Of a DNA stretch of 64,000 bases, positions 20,156-29,300 are shown piece by piece. Each line of letters begins with the position of its first letter. Positions within the stretch are counted from its first letter, which is position 1. The translations under genes and the position numbers were made by a program. The notes under the pieces are model-generated. The model was not told where the DNA came from, made no database searches, and worked only from the letters and a program-made list of their open reading frames with translations. Source of the DNA: a virus (lineage: Duplodnaviria > Caudoviricetes); IMG/VR virus record IMGVR_UViG_3300029305_004897, positions 4,046 to 68,045 of that record; one strand, written 5' to 3'.

Positions 20156-20272
20156 ATAACATGATTAAGTCCCACAAATTACAGTGGGTACCTTATATAC
20201 TTTGTAACGAAGCCGTATGACCGAAAGGTATAGCTTCTGGAGCACACCGATTTAATTGCGGTGTGTTTTCCT
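20156..20272 (+). ncRNA. Candidate small RNA (pseudoknot, GAAA hairpin, terminator)
   Basis: Stem CCCAC 20171-75 / GTGGG 20184-88; loop TTACA can pair with TGTAA 20203-07; hairpin GAAGC...ACC-GAAA-GGT...GCTTC; terminator GCACACCG/CGGTGTGT plus T-rich tail. Confidence 0.55.
20242..20272 (+). terminator. Intrinsic terminator inside intron 2
   Basis: 8-bp stem GCACACCG/CGGTGTGT followed by TTTCCTT. Confidence 0.6.
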
Positions 20273-20288
20273 TATTAGGAGGTTCCGT

Positions 20289-20948
20289 ATGAACAAGAGA
20301 CCTGATGCCAGCAGTGCATTGAAATTCCTAACCATTTTATCCGGAATATCATCTGTTATATTATTGCTTGTAGCCTTTTATGTAAGTGTAGAAGATGAAT
20401 ATCTTGCTGGAACCGTTTGGGGAATATTTGCGGGATCTTTGGTAGCTTTTGCCGGTATGTTTGTTGTCACTGGGTTCCATAATGTTTTACTGGATATACG
20501 GGATCAGAAATATGAACATACTACTTTGCTTAGATCTATTCGAGATGCTGTCGATGGCGGTAAGGCAGCCGCAGAAGAAGCTATGGCAGAAGCTGAACGC
20601 CTGGATAGATGGAAAACTAAATGGCATAGAAGAGTTGATAAGTCTGTTGGTGAGGGCGGTATAACTGAAGATTTTGGCACATATATGCATAATCGCATAG
20701 ATTCGCGTTTCGATATTCCAAATAATGAAGATGAATGGTATTCTGGGTTGTTATCTGCATTTTCTGCAGCACTATCTAATGCAAAATCTTCTGACTGCGA
20801 ATACAAAAGCGAACTGGAAGCTTGGAAGGAAAATTATTTGAAGAAAATTGATGCTTCCCTTTCGGCTGGATCCATTACTTTAGACAAGGCAGAATCGCTA
20901 AGAGCAAAAGTACGTTCTTATACAAAAATCCCTGAGAGCCAGAAATGA
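20289..20948 (+). CDS. Membrane protein with two N-terminal TM helices, intron cargo
   Basis: 219 aa from ATG 20289 after AGGAGG; two hydrophobic stretches (FLTILSGISSVILLLVAFYV; GTVWGIFAGSLVAFAGMFVVTGF) then a soluble helical domain. Confidence 0.7.
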   Translation: MNKRPDASSALKFLTILSGISSVILLLVAFYVSVEDEYLAGTVWGIFAGSLVAFAGMFVVTGFHNVLLDIRDQKYEHTTLLRSIRDAVDGGKAAAEEAMAEAERLDRWKTKWHRRVDKSVGEGGITEDFGTYMHNRIDSRFDIPNNEDEWYSGLLSAFSAALSNAKSSDCEYKSELEAWKENYLKKIDASLSAGSITLDKAESLRAKVRSYTKIPESQK

Positions 20949-20990
20949 CTCTCTTTTTCTTTGGCCTGACCAGCCAAGTAATGATGACTG

Positions 20991-23900
20991 ATATTTGATT
21001 ATAAAATTGATATTGATGGCACAATTTTTGATAATGGCATATGGGCTACGTTAGATACGAATTCAAAAAAATATAAGAAAATTGCTTCTGAAGTAGATAA
21101 TTACAATCGTATTCTCGGTACTGACAATGGGACTAAAGAAGCTATAGAAAATATAGCGAAGCAGGTAGATGCGTACGATGCTTCTCTTGCAAAAACGATG
21201 AGAAGCCAACAAGAATTGGGTAAGAGTGGAGATGAGTATGTTGGGTCTCTTCGGAAGCAAGCTACGCAGACAATGATTGCTACTGCCAAGACAATCGCAT
21301 ATAATGCAGCCTTGTCTCTTGGTGTTTCCGCTGTTGTAGGTCTTGTTACATGGATTGGCAAGAAGCTGTATGATGCACTTACTGTGTCTGCAGAAGAAAT
21401 GGAAAATTGCGCAGCGGCCGCTCAAAAAATGAGTGATTCTATAGATCAGAATAAAGCTTGGATTTCTGAAATAACAGAATTACGAGAAAAATTGTCTGAT
21501 ACAACACTCTCTTTATCTGAGCAGCGAGAAGCCAAAGAAAATCTTTTAGAAATTCAAGATGCCATTATAAAGAAATATGGAGATGAAGCTGCTGCTGTCG
21601 ATCTTGTTAATGGCTCTTATCAAGAGATGATAGACATGCTTGATAAGGTAAATAAAAAGGAATTTAACAATTGGCAATCTACTAACAGAAAAGAGATAGA
21701 AGAAGCTATCGATAAATATGGCACTTCTGATAAATATGCAAAGTTTATAAATGGTTATTCATACCAATATGGTACATTCTTAAATCGTGCAAAAAAAGAA
21801 GATGCAGACAAACTTCGTAGTATTTTTAAGCTTGTAGATTCAAACCCATATGACGATTACGATGACCAAAGAATACTTCAGGTTAATCCTGGTAAAAATT
21901 TAGGGGAATTAAAAGATTCATTATCTGATCTTTACGCAATTATTCAATCATATAATTCCTCTGGAATGTATAATGGATTGCTTGATATAATAGGTGAGAT
22001 TTCATCTGATGTAACAAACGATGCGGCTGATTATGAGGAGACGTATCTTCATTATATGAAAAATATAGTGTTGGTAAATGATACATTATCCGATAGTTAT
22101 CAGCAAACACAGAAATCTGTCAGTGAATTTTATCAAGAAGTCGCTTCTGGTAATCCCGAAGAAGTAGCGCAAGCATACGGTCAGTTACAGAATGATGTTT
22201 CTCAATTTATCGAAACCATAAAAACAAACGCTGGAGAGAATTCTGAAGAGATTGCAGAGTATTATAAAAATACGTTTAATGATATTTTAGCTAAAGCTAA
22301 AGGAGAATCTGTAAAAGTTGACCTCAAAGCAGATACCAGCAATCTAAAGACCGAAGTAAAATCTGTTTTAGAAGGGCTTGCAAATCTTGGATATGATGAT
22401 GCTATTGAGATCAAGGGTTCCCTTGGATCTCTTTCGAAGCACTCTGAAGCATATAAAGTTCTGAACCGTCTTGCCGGTGACCTTGACACTACCATGGCCG
22501 GGGTTATTGACAAGCTTGAAGAGTATGGCTACTTTGGTGAAACTTCCATTCCTGAGGTCAATGATGAGATTGACAAGGCTGTACAGAGCTATCAGAACAT
22601 CATTGCGACTTTGACAGCGGTTCGCGAAGAACAGGACGCAACTGGCCAGATCTCTACAGCAACCATGATGAAGCTTACCGCTCTTGGCGAGGATTATGCT
22701 GAACTGATCAAGACGGAGACGAATGCGCTTGGCGAGCTTGTTTATGTGTTTGACACGGACGCCGCTGAAAAGTTCGCTCTGGATCAACTGCAGATTGCAA
22801 CCAATGCGGTGATTGCTGCCGACGGTACAGAAGAACAGATTGATGCTTTGAACAGCTATTATCGTAGTATGCAACCCTTAACTTCTCAGATGGAAGGTTA
22901 TATTGCTACGGTAAAAGATCTCGATGAAATCCAGAAAGAAGTTGCCAAGGGTACACAGTATACGGAAGAAGAAATCAACGAACTTCTTAAAAAGTATCCT
23001 CAATTAACGGCAGTGGTTGATGAATCTACTGGTAAGTACAAGATTACGGAAACCAGTATTGAATCACTTAAAGGCAAGTTCACCAGTCTTATCCAAACCA
23101 TCATTGATGTAAAAACAGAGATGGCAAAGCTTATGGCTGTGTTTGCAGCCAAAGAAGCTCGTGACGGATGGGCTGGCGCTGAGCAGTGGGTTAAACTGAT
23201 ACAGAAGAAGATCAAAGAAACCGGCGCGAAGACCATAGAAGAGCTTGAAAAGGAACTTGGCGTTACATTTGCAGATGATCTTCGGGGGACTGTACAGGTT
23301 CTCGTGGATACAACACCGGCAGTTGACAGTTATGAGGATGTTATTTCCGGCGAAAAAGATGCTGCTGATTTCATTTATAACCCCACTACTGACAAATCCG
23401 ACCCGTGGAAAGAGGCTTTTGAGAAAGAGTATCAGGCCAAGAAACATGCTCTGGCAATGGAACAGATTGATCAGAAAGCATATCTGGATTGGCTTGATGG
23501 AGCATACAAAAAGTATTTCTCCGATATGTCAAAGTATCAGGACGAATATTATCAGTATGAAGAAGAAGTCTTCAATGGCCGCCGGGCTCTCATTGATGAG
23601 CATATTTCTGATCTCGAAAAAGAATATGAATACCTTGGTGATGAGCCGAAAGTCATTGAGGAGCTGAACCGGCTGCTGGAAGAAAAAAATGATTTGCTTT
23701 CTGAAGAACAGCGTAACACCATCAGCTCTAAGATTCTGCAATATCAGGAGGACGGGTACCGCAAGCAGATTGCTGCCATAGAAGATCAAATTGACCTTCT
23801 GGATGAAAAAGAAGGAACCGAAGAACAGACTATTGAGTGTTATAAACAGATGATCAATCTGCTGAGCAATATTAAGTCTATTTATGCTGGCATCTATGAT

Positions 23901-25544
23901 GAGAACAGTGAACTGATGATATCTCTTAATCGTGAGATCGCAGATATGTTTTCTGAGATAAATGATATCAAGAAAGAGATCTGGGAAGCTCAACGGGATG
24001 CTCAGGTCGAAGCGCTTGAAGAAGAACAAGATGCTATTGAGGATTATCAGGATGCTATTGAAGACATTCTGGATGCTACGGTAGATTTGATCAAACGGGA
24101 GACCGAGGCTGAAATTGAAGCACTGGAAGAAGCTCGGGACGCTCGGGAGGAATATTACGATGCAGAACTCGACCAGATCAAAGAAGTCGCTGATGCCAGG
24201 AAAGAAGCTCTTGAGGATGAGCTTGAAGGCTACCGCAAAATTATTGAAGCTAAGAAAGAAGCTCTTCGGAATGAAGCTGAAGAAGAAGACTACAATGATG
24301 AGGTTGCCAAGCGTTCTAAAGAGATTAGCGACCTGCAGTCCCGGATTGATGTTCTGAAATTGGATGATTCCAAGGCTGCAGCTGCAGAACGGTTACAGCT
24401 GGAAAGCGAGCTTCAGACTAAAAAAGATGAGCTTGCTAAGTATCAGCGCGATCATTCTCTTGATAAGCAAATTGAGGCACTTGACAAAGAACTTGAAGCC
24501 TTCGAGGAAAACAATGACAGTAGAATTGAACTGATTGACAAGGAGCAGGAACGTGAAGAACAACGGATAGAAGAATTAAAGAAGAAAGATCTTCAGGCTT
24601 ATGATGATCGTATTGCCGCGCTCCGTGCATACCTTGAAAAAGAAGGGGTTCTTTGGAGAGAGGCCAATCGTCGGATCCGTGAAGAAGGTGATTCTTTATG
24701 GCTGGAACTCCGTGCTTATGCGGAAGAATATACCCGGGATGTTGAATCTCTGGAGCAGGCATGGGAATTTGCCCTTACCGGCGTTCAGAAATATAATGAC
24801 GGCATCAGAGATCTTCTCGCTACCAGCAATAAGATGGACAACATCTTCAATCGGAACGAAAGTACGATTAAAGACCTGGAGAACTCTGAGTATACCGGAG
24901 AATTTACTGTGTCTCAGAAAAACAGCATTGCTGAAATCCGAGCACAAATGAAGGCAAATTCTGCTGCTTGGTGGGATGCACATAATGCTGGTGATGAAGC
25001 CGCAAAGAACTGGTGGTCTGATGAAAACCAGAGACTGAAGGACAAACTGAACGACATCCTTGGTGGCGAGTATCTGGTGTATAACGCTAAAAAAGGTACG
25101 TGGTCTTTCAATGGTGTTCCGTTTTACGATATGCCTATTTATCATAAAGGCGGCGTCGTAGGTGATTTTGGTTCTATGCAGCAGGATGAACTTCTGGCTG
25201 TTTTGAAAAACCGAGAGATGGTTCTTACCGAACCTATGCAGGACACGCTGGCAAAGTATATTGATTTTGCTAAGAATGCTTCTTTTGCCATCACTTCCAT
25301 CTTATCTGATGATCCCGTGAAGAATATTGTTGCCGGGCTGAAATCCGGCAGGACATTCGCCGGGGATACACTTAGCACGATCCATGTGGATAAGCTCTTT
25401 GAATTCCATGCAGATAATGTGACTAAGGAGACGTTGCCTGATTTGAAGAAGACTCTTCGGGAGACGGCAGATTATACTATTCGCCAAATGGAAGACCGTC
25501 TTTCTCGACGCGGAGTTAAAACCAAAGCAAAAACAACACTGTAA
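20991..25544 (+). CDS. Tape measure protein, exon 3 of 3
   Basis: Frame is open from 20988, well upstream of the ORF-track ATG at 21198; long coiled coil ending in the YHKGGVVG...AVLKNREMVLT motif typical of TMP C-termini. Confidence 0.92.
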   Translation: MFDYKIDIDGTIFDNGIWATLDTNSKKYKKIASEVDNYNRILGTDNGTKEAIENIAKQVDAYDASLAKTMRSQQELGKSGDEYVGSLRKQATQTMIATAKTIAYNAALSLGVSAVVGLVTWIGKKLYDALTVSAEEMENCAAAAQKMSDSIDQNKAWISEITELREKLSDTTLSLSEQREAKENLLEIQDAIIKKYGDEAAAVDLVNGSYQEMIDMLDKVNKKEFNNWQSTNRKEIEEAIDKYGTSDKYAKFINGYSYQYGTFLNRAKKEDADKLRSIFKLVDSNPYDDYDDQRILQVNPGKNLGELKDSLSDLYAIIQSYNSSGMYNGLLDIIGEISSDVTNDAADYEETYLHYMKNIVLVNDTLSDSYQQTQKSVSEFYQEVASGNPEEVAQAYGQLQNDVSQFIETIKTNAGENSEEIAEYYKNTFNDILAKAKGESVKVDLKADTSNLKTEVKSVLEGLANLGYDDAIEIKGSLGSLSKHSEAYKVLNRLAGDLDTTMAGVIDKLEEYGYFGETSIPEVNDEIDKAVQSYQNIIATLTAVREEQDATGQISTATMMKLTALGEDYAELIKTETNALGELVYVFDTDAAEKFALDQLQIATNAVIAADGTEEQIDALNSYYRSMQPLTSQMEGYIATVKDLDEIQKEVAKGTQYTEEEINELLKKYPQLTAVVDESTGKYKITETSIESLKGKFTSLIQTIIDVKTEMAKLMAVFAAKEARDGWAGAEQWVKLIQKKIKETGAKTIEELEKELGVTFADDLRGTVQVLVDTTPAVDSYEDVISGEKDAADFIYNPTTDKSDPWKEAFEKEYQAKKHALAMEQIDQKAYLDWLDGAYKKYFSDMSKYQDEYYQYEEEVFNGRRALIDEHISDLEKEYEYLGDEPKVIEELNRLLEEKNDLLSEEQRNTISSKILQYQEDGYRKQIAAIEDQIDLLDEKEGTEEQTIECYKQMINLLSNIKSIYAGIYDENSELMISLNREIADMFSEINDIKKEIWEAQRDAQVEALEEEQDAIEDYQDAIEDILDATVDLIKRETEAEIEALEEARDAREEYYDAELDQIKEVADARKEALEDELEGYRKIIEAKKEALRNEAEEEDYNDEVAKRSKEISDLQSRIDVLKLDDSKAAAAERLQLESELQTKKDELAKYQRDHSLDKQIEALDKELEAFEENNDSRIELIDKEQEREEQRIEELKKKDLQAYDDRIAALRAYLEKEGVLWREANRRIREEGDSLWLELRAYAEEYTRDVESLEQAWEFALTGVQKYNDGIRDLLATSNKMDNIFNRNESTIKDLENSEYTGEFTVSQKNSIAEIRAQMKANSAAWWDAHNAGDEAAKNWWSDENQRLKDKLNDILGGEYLVYNAKKGTWSFNGVPFYDMPIYHKGGVVGDFGSMQQDELLAVLKNREMVLTEPMQDTLAKYIDFAKNASFAITSILSDDPVKNIVAGLKSGRTFAGDTLSTIHVDKLFEFHADNVTKETLPDLKKTLRETADYTIRQMEDRLSRRGVKTKAKTTL

Positions 25545-25546
25545 TA

Positions 25547-25572
25547 ATCCGCCTTGAGCGGCTTTTTCTTTT
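25547..25572 (+). terminator. Weak terminator-like hairpin
   Basis: CCGC-CTTGA-GCGG then a T-rich run. Confidence 0.35.
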
Positions 25573-25584
25573 GGAGGTGATTTT

Positions 25585-26367
25585 ATGGCTTTTCAGGCTG
25601 AACACATACTCTATAACGGAATCTCCTCCGAGAGGTTCGGTTTAAGATTATATAATGAAAATGGGGGTCTCGACGATGCAACCGGGACCTCCTTTTCTAT
25701 TTTACGCTCTTCCCTGCGCGGAGGACAGTCTTTCGTTTATATGGGCAGAGAAGCAAGGGATCCTATGCCGATGCAACTTTCTCTTGTGTCAGATAAACCT
25801 TTGGATTCCGCCATGCAGGGTGCAATACATAAATGGCTTATTGGCCATGATGGATATAAAGAACTGCGGATTGTACAGGCGGACATGAGTACGCTACGTA
25901 TAGGATGTATTTTCTATGAGTTGAATTATCTGCAGGTTGGAAATGATACTGTAGGTGTTTCTGTAGAAGGAGAGTGTGATTCATGCTATTTCCGGGGCAA
26001 TGATATTCATATTACACGCTCCGGGGAGTCAGGATCTTTTCAAGTTCAGAATACATCGGATGTGAATGAATATATTTTTCCTGAGATGAAAATTTCTATG
26101 CCGTCAGGCGGCGGAAGTTTTTCTTTTATCAATGAAACAGATAATTCCAGAGAATCTGTGTTTGATACTTTGTCTGGCGACGAAGAGATATTGTTGGACA
26201 ATTTCCGCAAGATTATTGTTTCTTCTCATGGTTTTCGGCGTCTGTCCAATTTTAACAAAAAGTGGATTCGCCTGCTGCCGGGGAAAAATACGTTTTCATT
26301 TGCTTTTACAGGTGGTTCCGGTAAAATAGAAATGAGGATCCCCGTTTACAGAATGACAGGACAGTAA
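25585..26367 (+). CDS. Distal tail protein (Dit)
   Basis: 260 aa directly after TMP; YNGISSERFGL start and NKKWIRLLPGKN near the end. Confidence 0.8.
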   Translation: MAFQAEHILYNGISSERFGLRLYNENGGLDDATGTSFSILRSSLRGGQSFVYMGREARDPMPMQLSLVSDKPLDSAMQGAIHKWLIGHDGYKELRIVQADMSTLRIGCIFYELNYLQVGNDTVGVSVEGECDSCYFRGNDIHITRSGESGSFQVQNTSDVNEYIFPEMKISMPSGGGSFSFINETDNSRESVFDTLSGDEEILLDNFRKIIVSSHGFRRLSNFNKKWIRLLPGKNTFSFAFTGGSGKIEMRIPVYRMTGQ

Positions 26368-26381
26368 GGAGGTGTCCGGCT

Positions 26382-29300
26382 TTGATACAGAAGTTTGACT
26401 ATTACCGGCAGAGTGAAAAGCCGGATTTTATTTTATGTAATCCCGACGGAACGGAACTTTGTTCTCTTTCGGTTTCTTCTACAAATTGTATTCTTCGATA
26501 CAATGATACTTCTGAACTGACATTTATTGCAGAAGAAGGTATTACTGACGGGTATGAACTTATCGAAACACACAGGCAGATCTTCGTAGAGGATCTTGGA
26601 TATTTCTTGATTGATTCAGTTTCGGAAGATCTTAGCGATGACGAGCATCATGGAACGAAGACTGTAAATGCAAAATCTGCACAGTATGAACTGAGTTTTC
26701 GAATCTTAGATTATCTGAGCGGTGTTTATCCTTTTTATGATTCAACCGGTAATTTTGATGTTGATGGAAATCCTACAACCTTTATGGGTTTCGTTTTGTC
26801 TCTTGCACCACAGTGGAGCGTTTCTTATATAGATTCTGCTCTTGAAATGCGATATCGTAGTTTGGAAATTACGAAGCAGACTTTGCTGGATTCGCTTTAT
26901 TCTACTGCGTCGAAGGCTTACTCTTGTATTTTTACATTTGATTTTTTACATAGAACAATTCGTGCTGATGCAGTTTCTACTCTTACGGAAACCGAAACGA
27001 ACCGGACGGACATTTACCTTTCATTCGATAATATTATTGAAGGTATGGATGTAAGCGAATCTGCTGATGGTATTGTAACCAGACTTGGTGTATACGGGCA
27101 GGATCTTGACATTCGCCAGGTTAATCCTCTCGGCACATCTTATATAATCAATCTCGATTATTACAAAACTTCGGATTGGATGAACCAAGAGTTGATTGAT
27201 GCAATAAATGCATGGGAAGAAAAAGTAGATCGGTTCAAGGAAACATACAGTTCCCTACTGGAAGAACTTCGTGTTCGCAGGGCTTCTTTGACACAAATGC
27301 AGTCGGATCTGACGACATTAGAAGGCGAGAAAGCGGAACTGGATAATGTAATCAGTGCTCAGATCGAACAGGGTCTTACCAACGAGGAGATCCGAAAAAG
27401 ATACGCAGAAAATGTTGCTGCGCTGTCTGAAAAGAATGCTGAAATTACAGAGAAGAAGAAAGACATTTCAAACAGACAAGCGGAAGTGGACAGTACCACG
27501 GCACAACTTTCTTCCATCAATGAACAATGTGCAATGGATGCTAACTTCACTGCAGAGCAGCTTCTGGAATTGGAAGGCTTTCTGATAGATGGAGAGTATT
27601 CCAACAATAACTATATCGTTACAGATCTGATGACCGCAGAAGATATTCAGGATGAAGCAGAACAGCTTTATCTGGAAGGTCTCGTTGTCGCCAAAAAGTT
27701 GGCGCAGCCAAGTTTTACACTGTCTGTAGATTCTATTGCGTTCTTGCATTTACCTGAGTTTCTTGCGTTTACAAATCAGCTGGAGCTCGGCTGCATGGTA
27801 ACGGTAGAAAAGACAGAGGATGTGTACTATACGCCAATTCTTCTGGAGATGGAATTTTCATGGGATGATAAGGATGAGTTTGCATTGTCTTTTGGCAACC
27901 GCTTTCACTTAAATGATGCAGGATATACTTACGAAGAACTTCTCGGTACTGCTGCTGGAACTTCTTCATCCGTTTCTGCCAACTGGGACTCCATTGTAGA
28001 TTTTAACAAAAACTACAAAGACATGGTTTCCAGTCTATTGAACAATGCATTTAACGTGGCTTTGCATAACATCATATCATCTTCTAACCAGGATATTGTG
28101 TGGGATGCATCCGGTTTTACTTGCAGGAAATTGAATGAAAACGGATATTATGAAAACGAGCAGTTTAAGATCATCAACAATATGATCGCTTTTACGGATG
28201 ATGGATGGAATACGCTGAAGACTGTAGTTGGAAAAATTCTTCTAGAAGATGGTTCTTATAAGTATGGTGTAGCGGCTGAAGTTCTGGTTGGTAAGCTATT
28301 GGCTGGCAACAATCTGGTCATCACTAATGAGGGCGGCACCTTCCGCATTGATGAGAATGGTGTGTCTTTTCTCGTCGGATCGGATGACGGCACTGAAGAG
28401 CTTATTCGTTTAGAGGATTTCATCCGGAATGAAATGGAGTCTATACAATCTTTAGTGGACGGTATGGTACATACATACTGGCAGGAAGAGATGCCGTATG
28501 AAGAATATCACAATGTAACCACTGGTAGTCAGCAGTATAATACCTGCTTGAATTATGTCGGTGACTTGTGGTATAACCCGGAAACAAGGGAGACAAGACG
28601 TTATACTTTGACGGAAGTCGATGGTGGCGTAAGCTTTACTTGGGAAGCTTTTGCGGACACAGAAATTCCCGATGAATTGTGGGATCAGATTGACGGCAAA
28701 CGTACTATCTATACATCCTGTCCCGTGAATGGCTTTGCCAAGGATGATCTTTGGATATACGAGGGAGTCGGTATTGTACAGGAAAGTACCTCTGCGGATT
28801 ATCGTGCTCCTTATGATGATGACGGCACATATTTCGAGAAAAACGATTTATTGATTGCTACAGCAGACTCTGATTCTTACAACCCTGCTCTTTGGAGAAA
28901 GTATAATACAAATATTGATAAGGAAAACGGTTCATTTGAATTTCATCTGAACGATGAAGGAATGCAGCTGAAGAACGGCGAGATTCGCATGGAAACCGGA
29001 AAGAATACGGTTTTGTTGGATCCTACGGTTGGCATTAAAATTCTGAAAGATTCTTCTCAGCAGTTCTGGGCAGATACGGACGGAAATCTTCATTTGGCTG
29101 GGATTCTGAACGCAGCGGGTGGGACATTCGCTGGCGAACTTCAGGCGGCGAAAGGAACTTTTTCGGGAGATCTTGTTGCTGTGGGAGGTACGTTTTCTGG
29201 CAACCTCAGTGCTGCAGGTGGAACATTCTCTGGCATTGTTCAAGCGGAAGATTTTTTGGACGCAGACGGTAATAGTATGTTGAACAGTGCTAATCAGTTC

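Larger units (their letters stand above)
18716..20990 (+). mobile_element. Group I intron 2 carrying about 1.9 kb of cargo in its P9 region, 2275 nt
   Basis: P1: exon CUUCGGU with IGS GCCGAAG 18745-51. P10: UCAAAUAU 18737-44 with exon 3 start AUAUUUGA (8 bp). P3 18821-26 / 18923-28. R element GUUCAGAGACUA; P7 GACUA 18914-18 / UAGUC 18967-71. P9.0 AGUCA 18973-77 / UGACU 20985-89, then terminal G 20990. Splicing gives GFG|IFDYK in frame. Confidence 0.92.

Noticed and set aside
18716-20990. IStron or group II intron
   Set aside because: No TnpA/TnpB or RT/maturase ORF and no GUGYG...AY ends; the U|...G| boundaries and P7 are group I.
14083-25544. TMP as a broken pseudogene or three separate genes
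   Set aside because: Both interruptions have exact group I splice signatures, and their removal gives one continuous 2616-codon frame.
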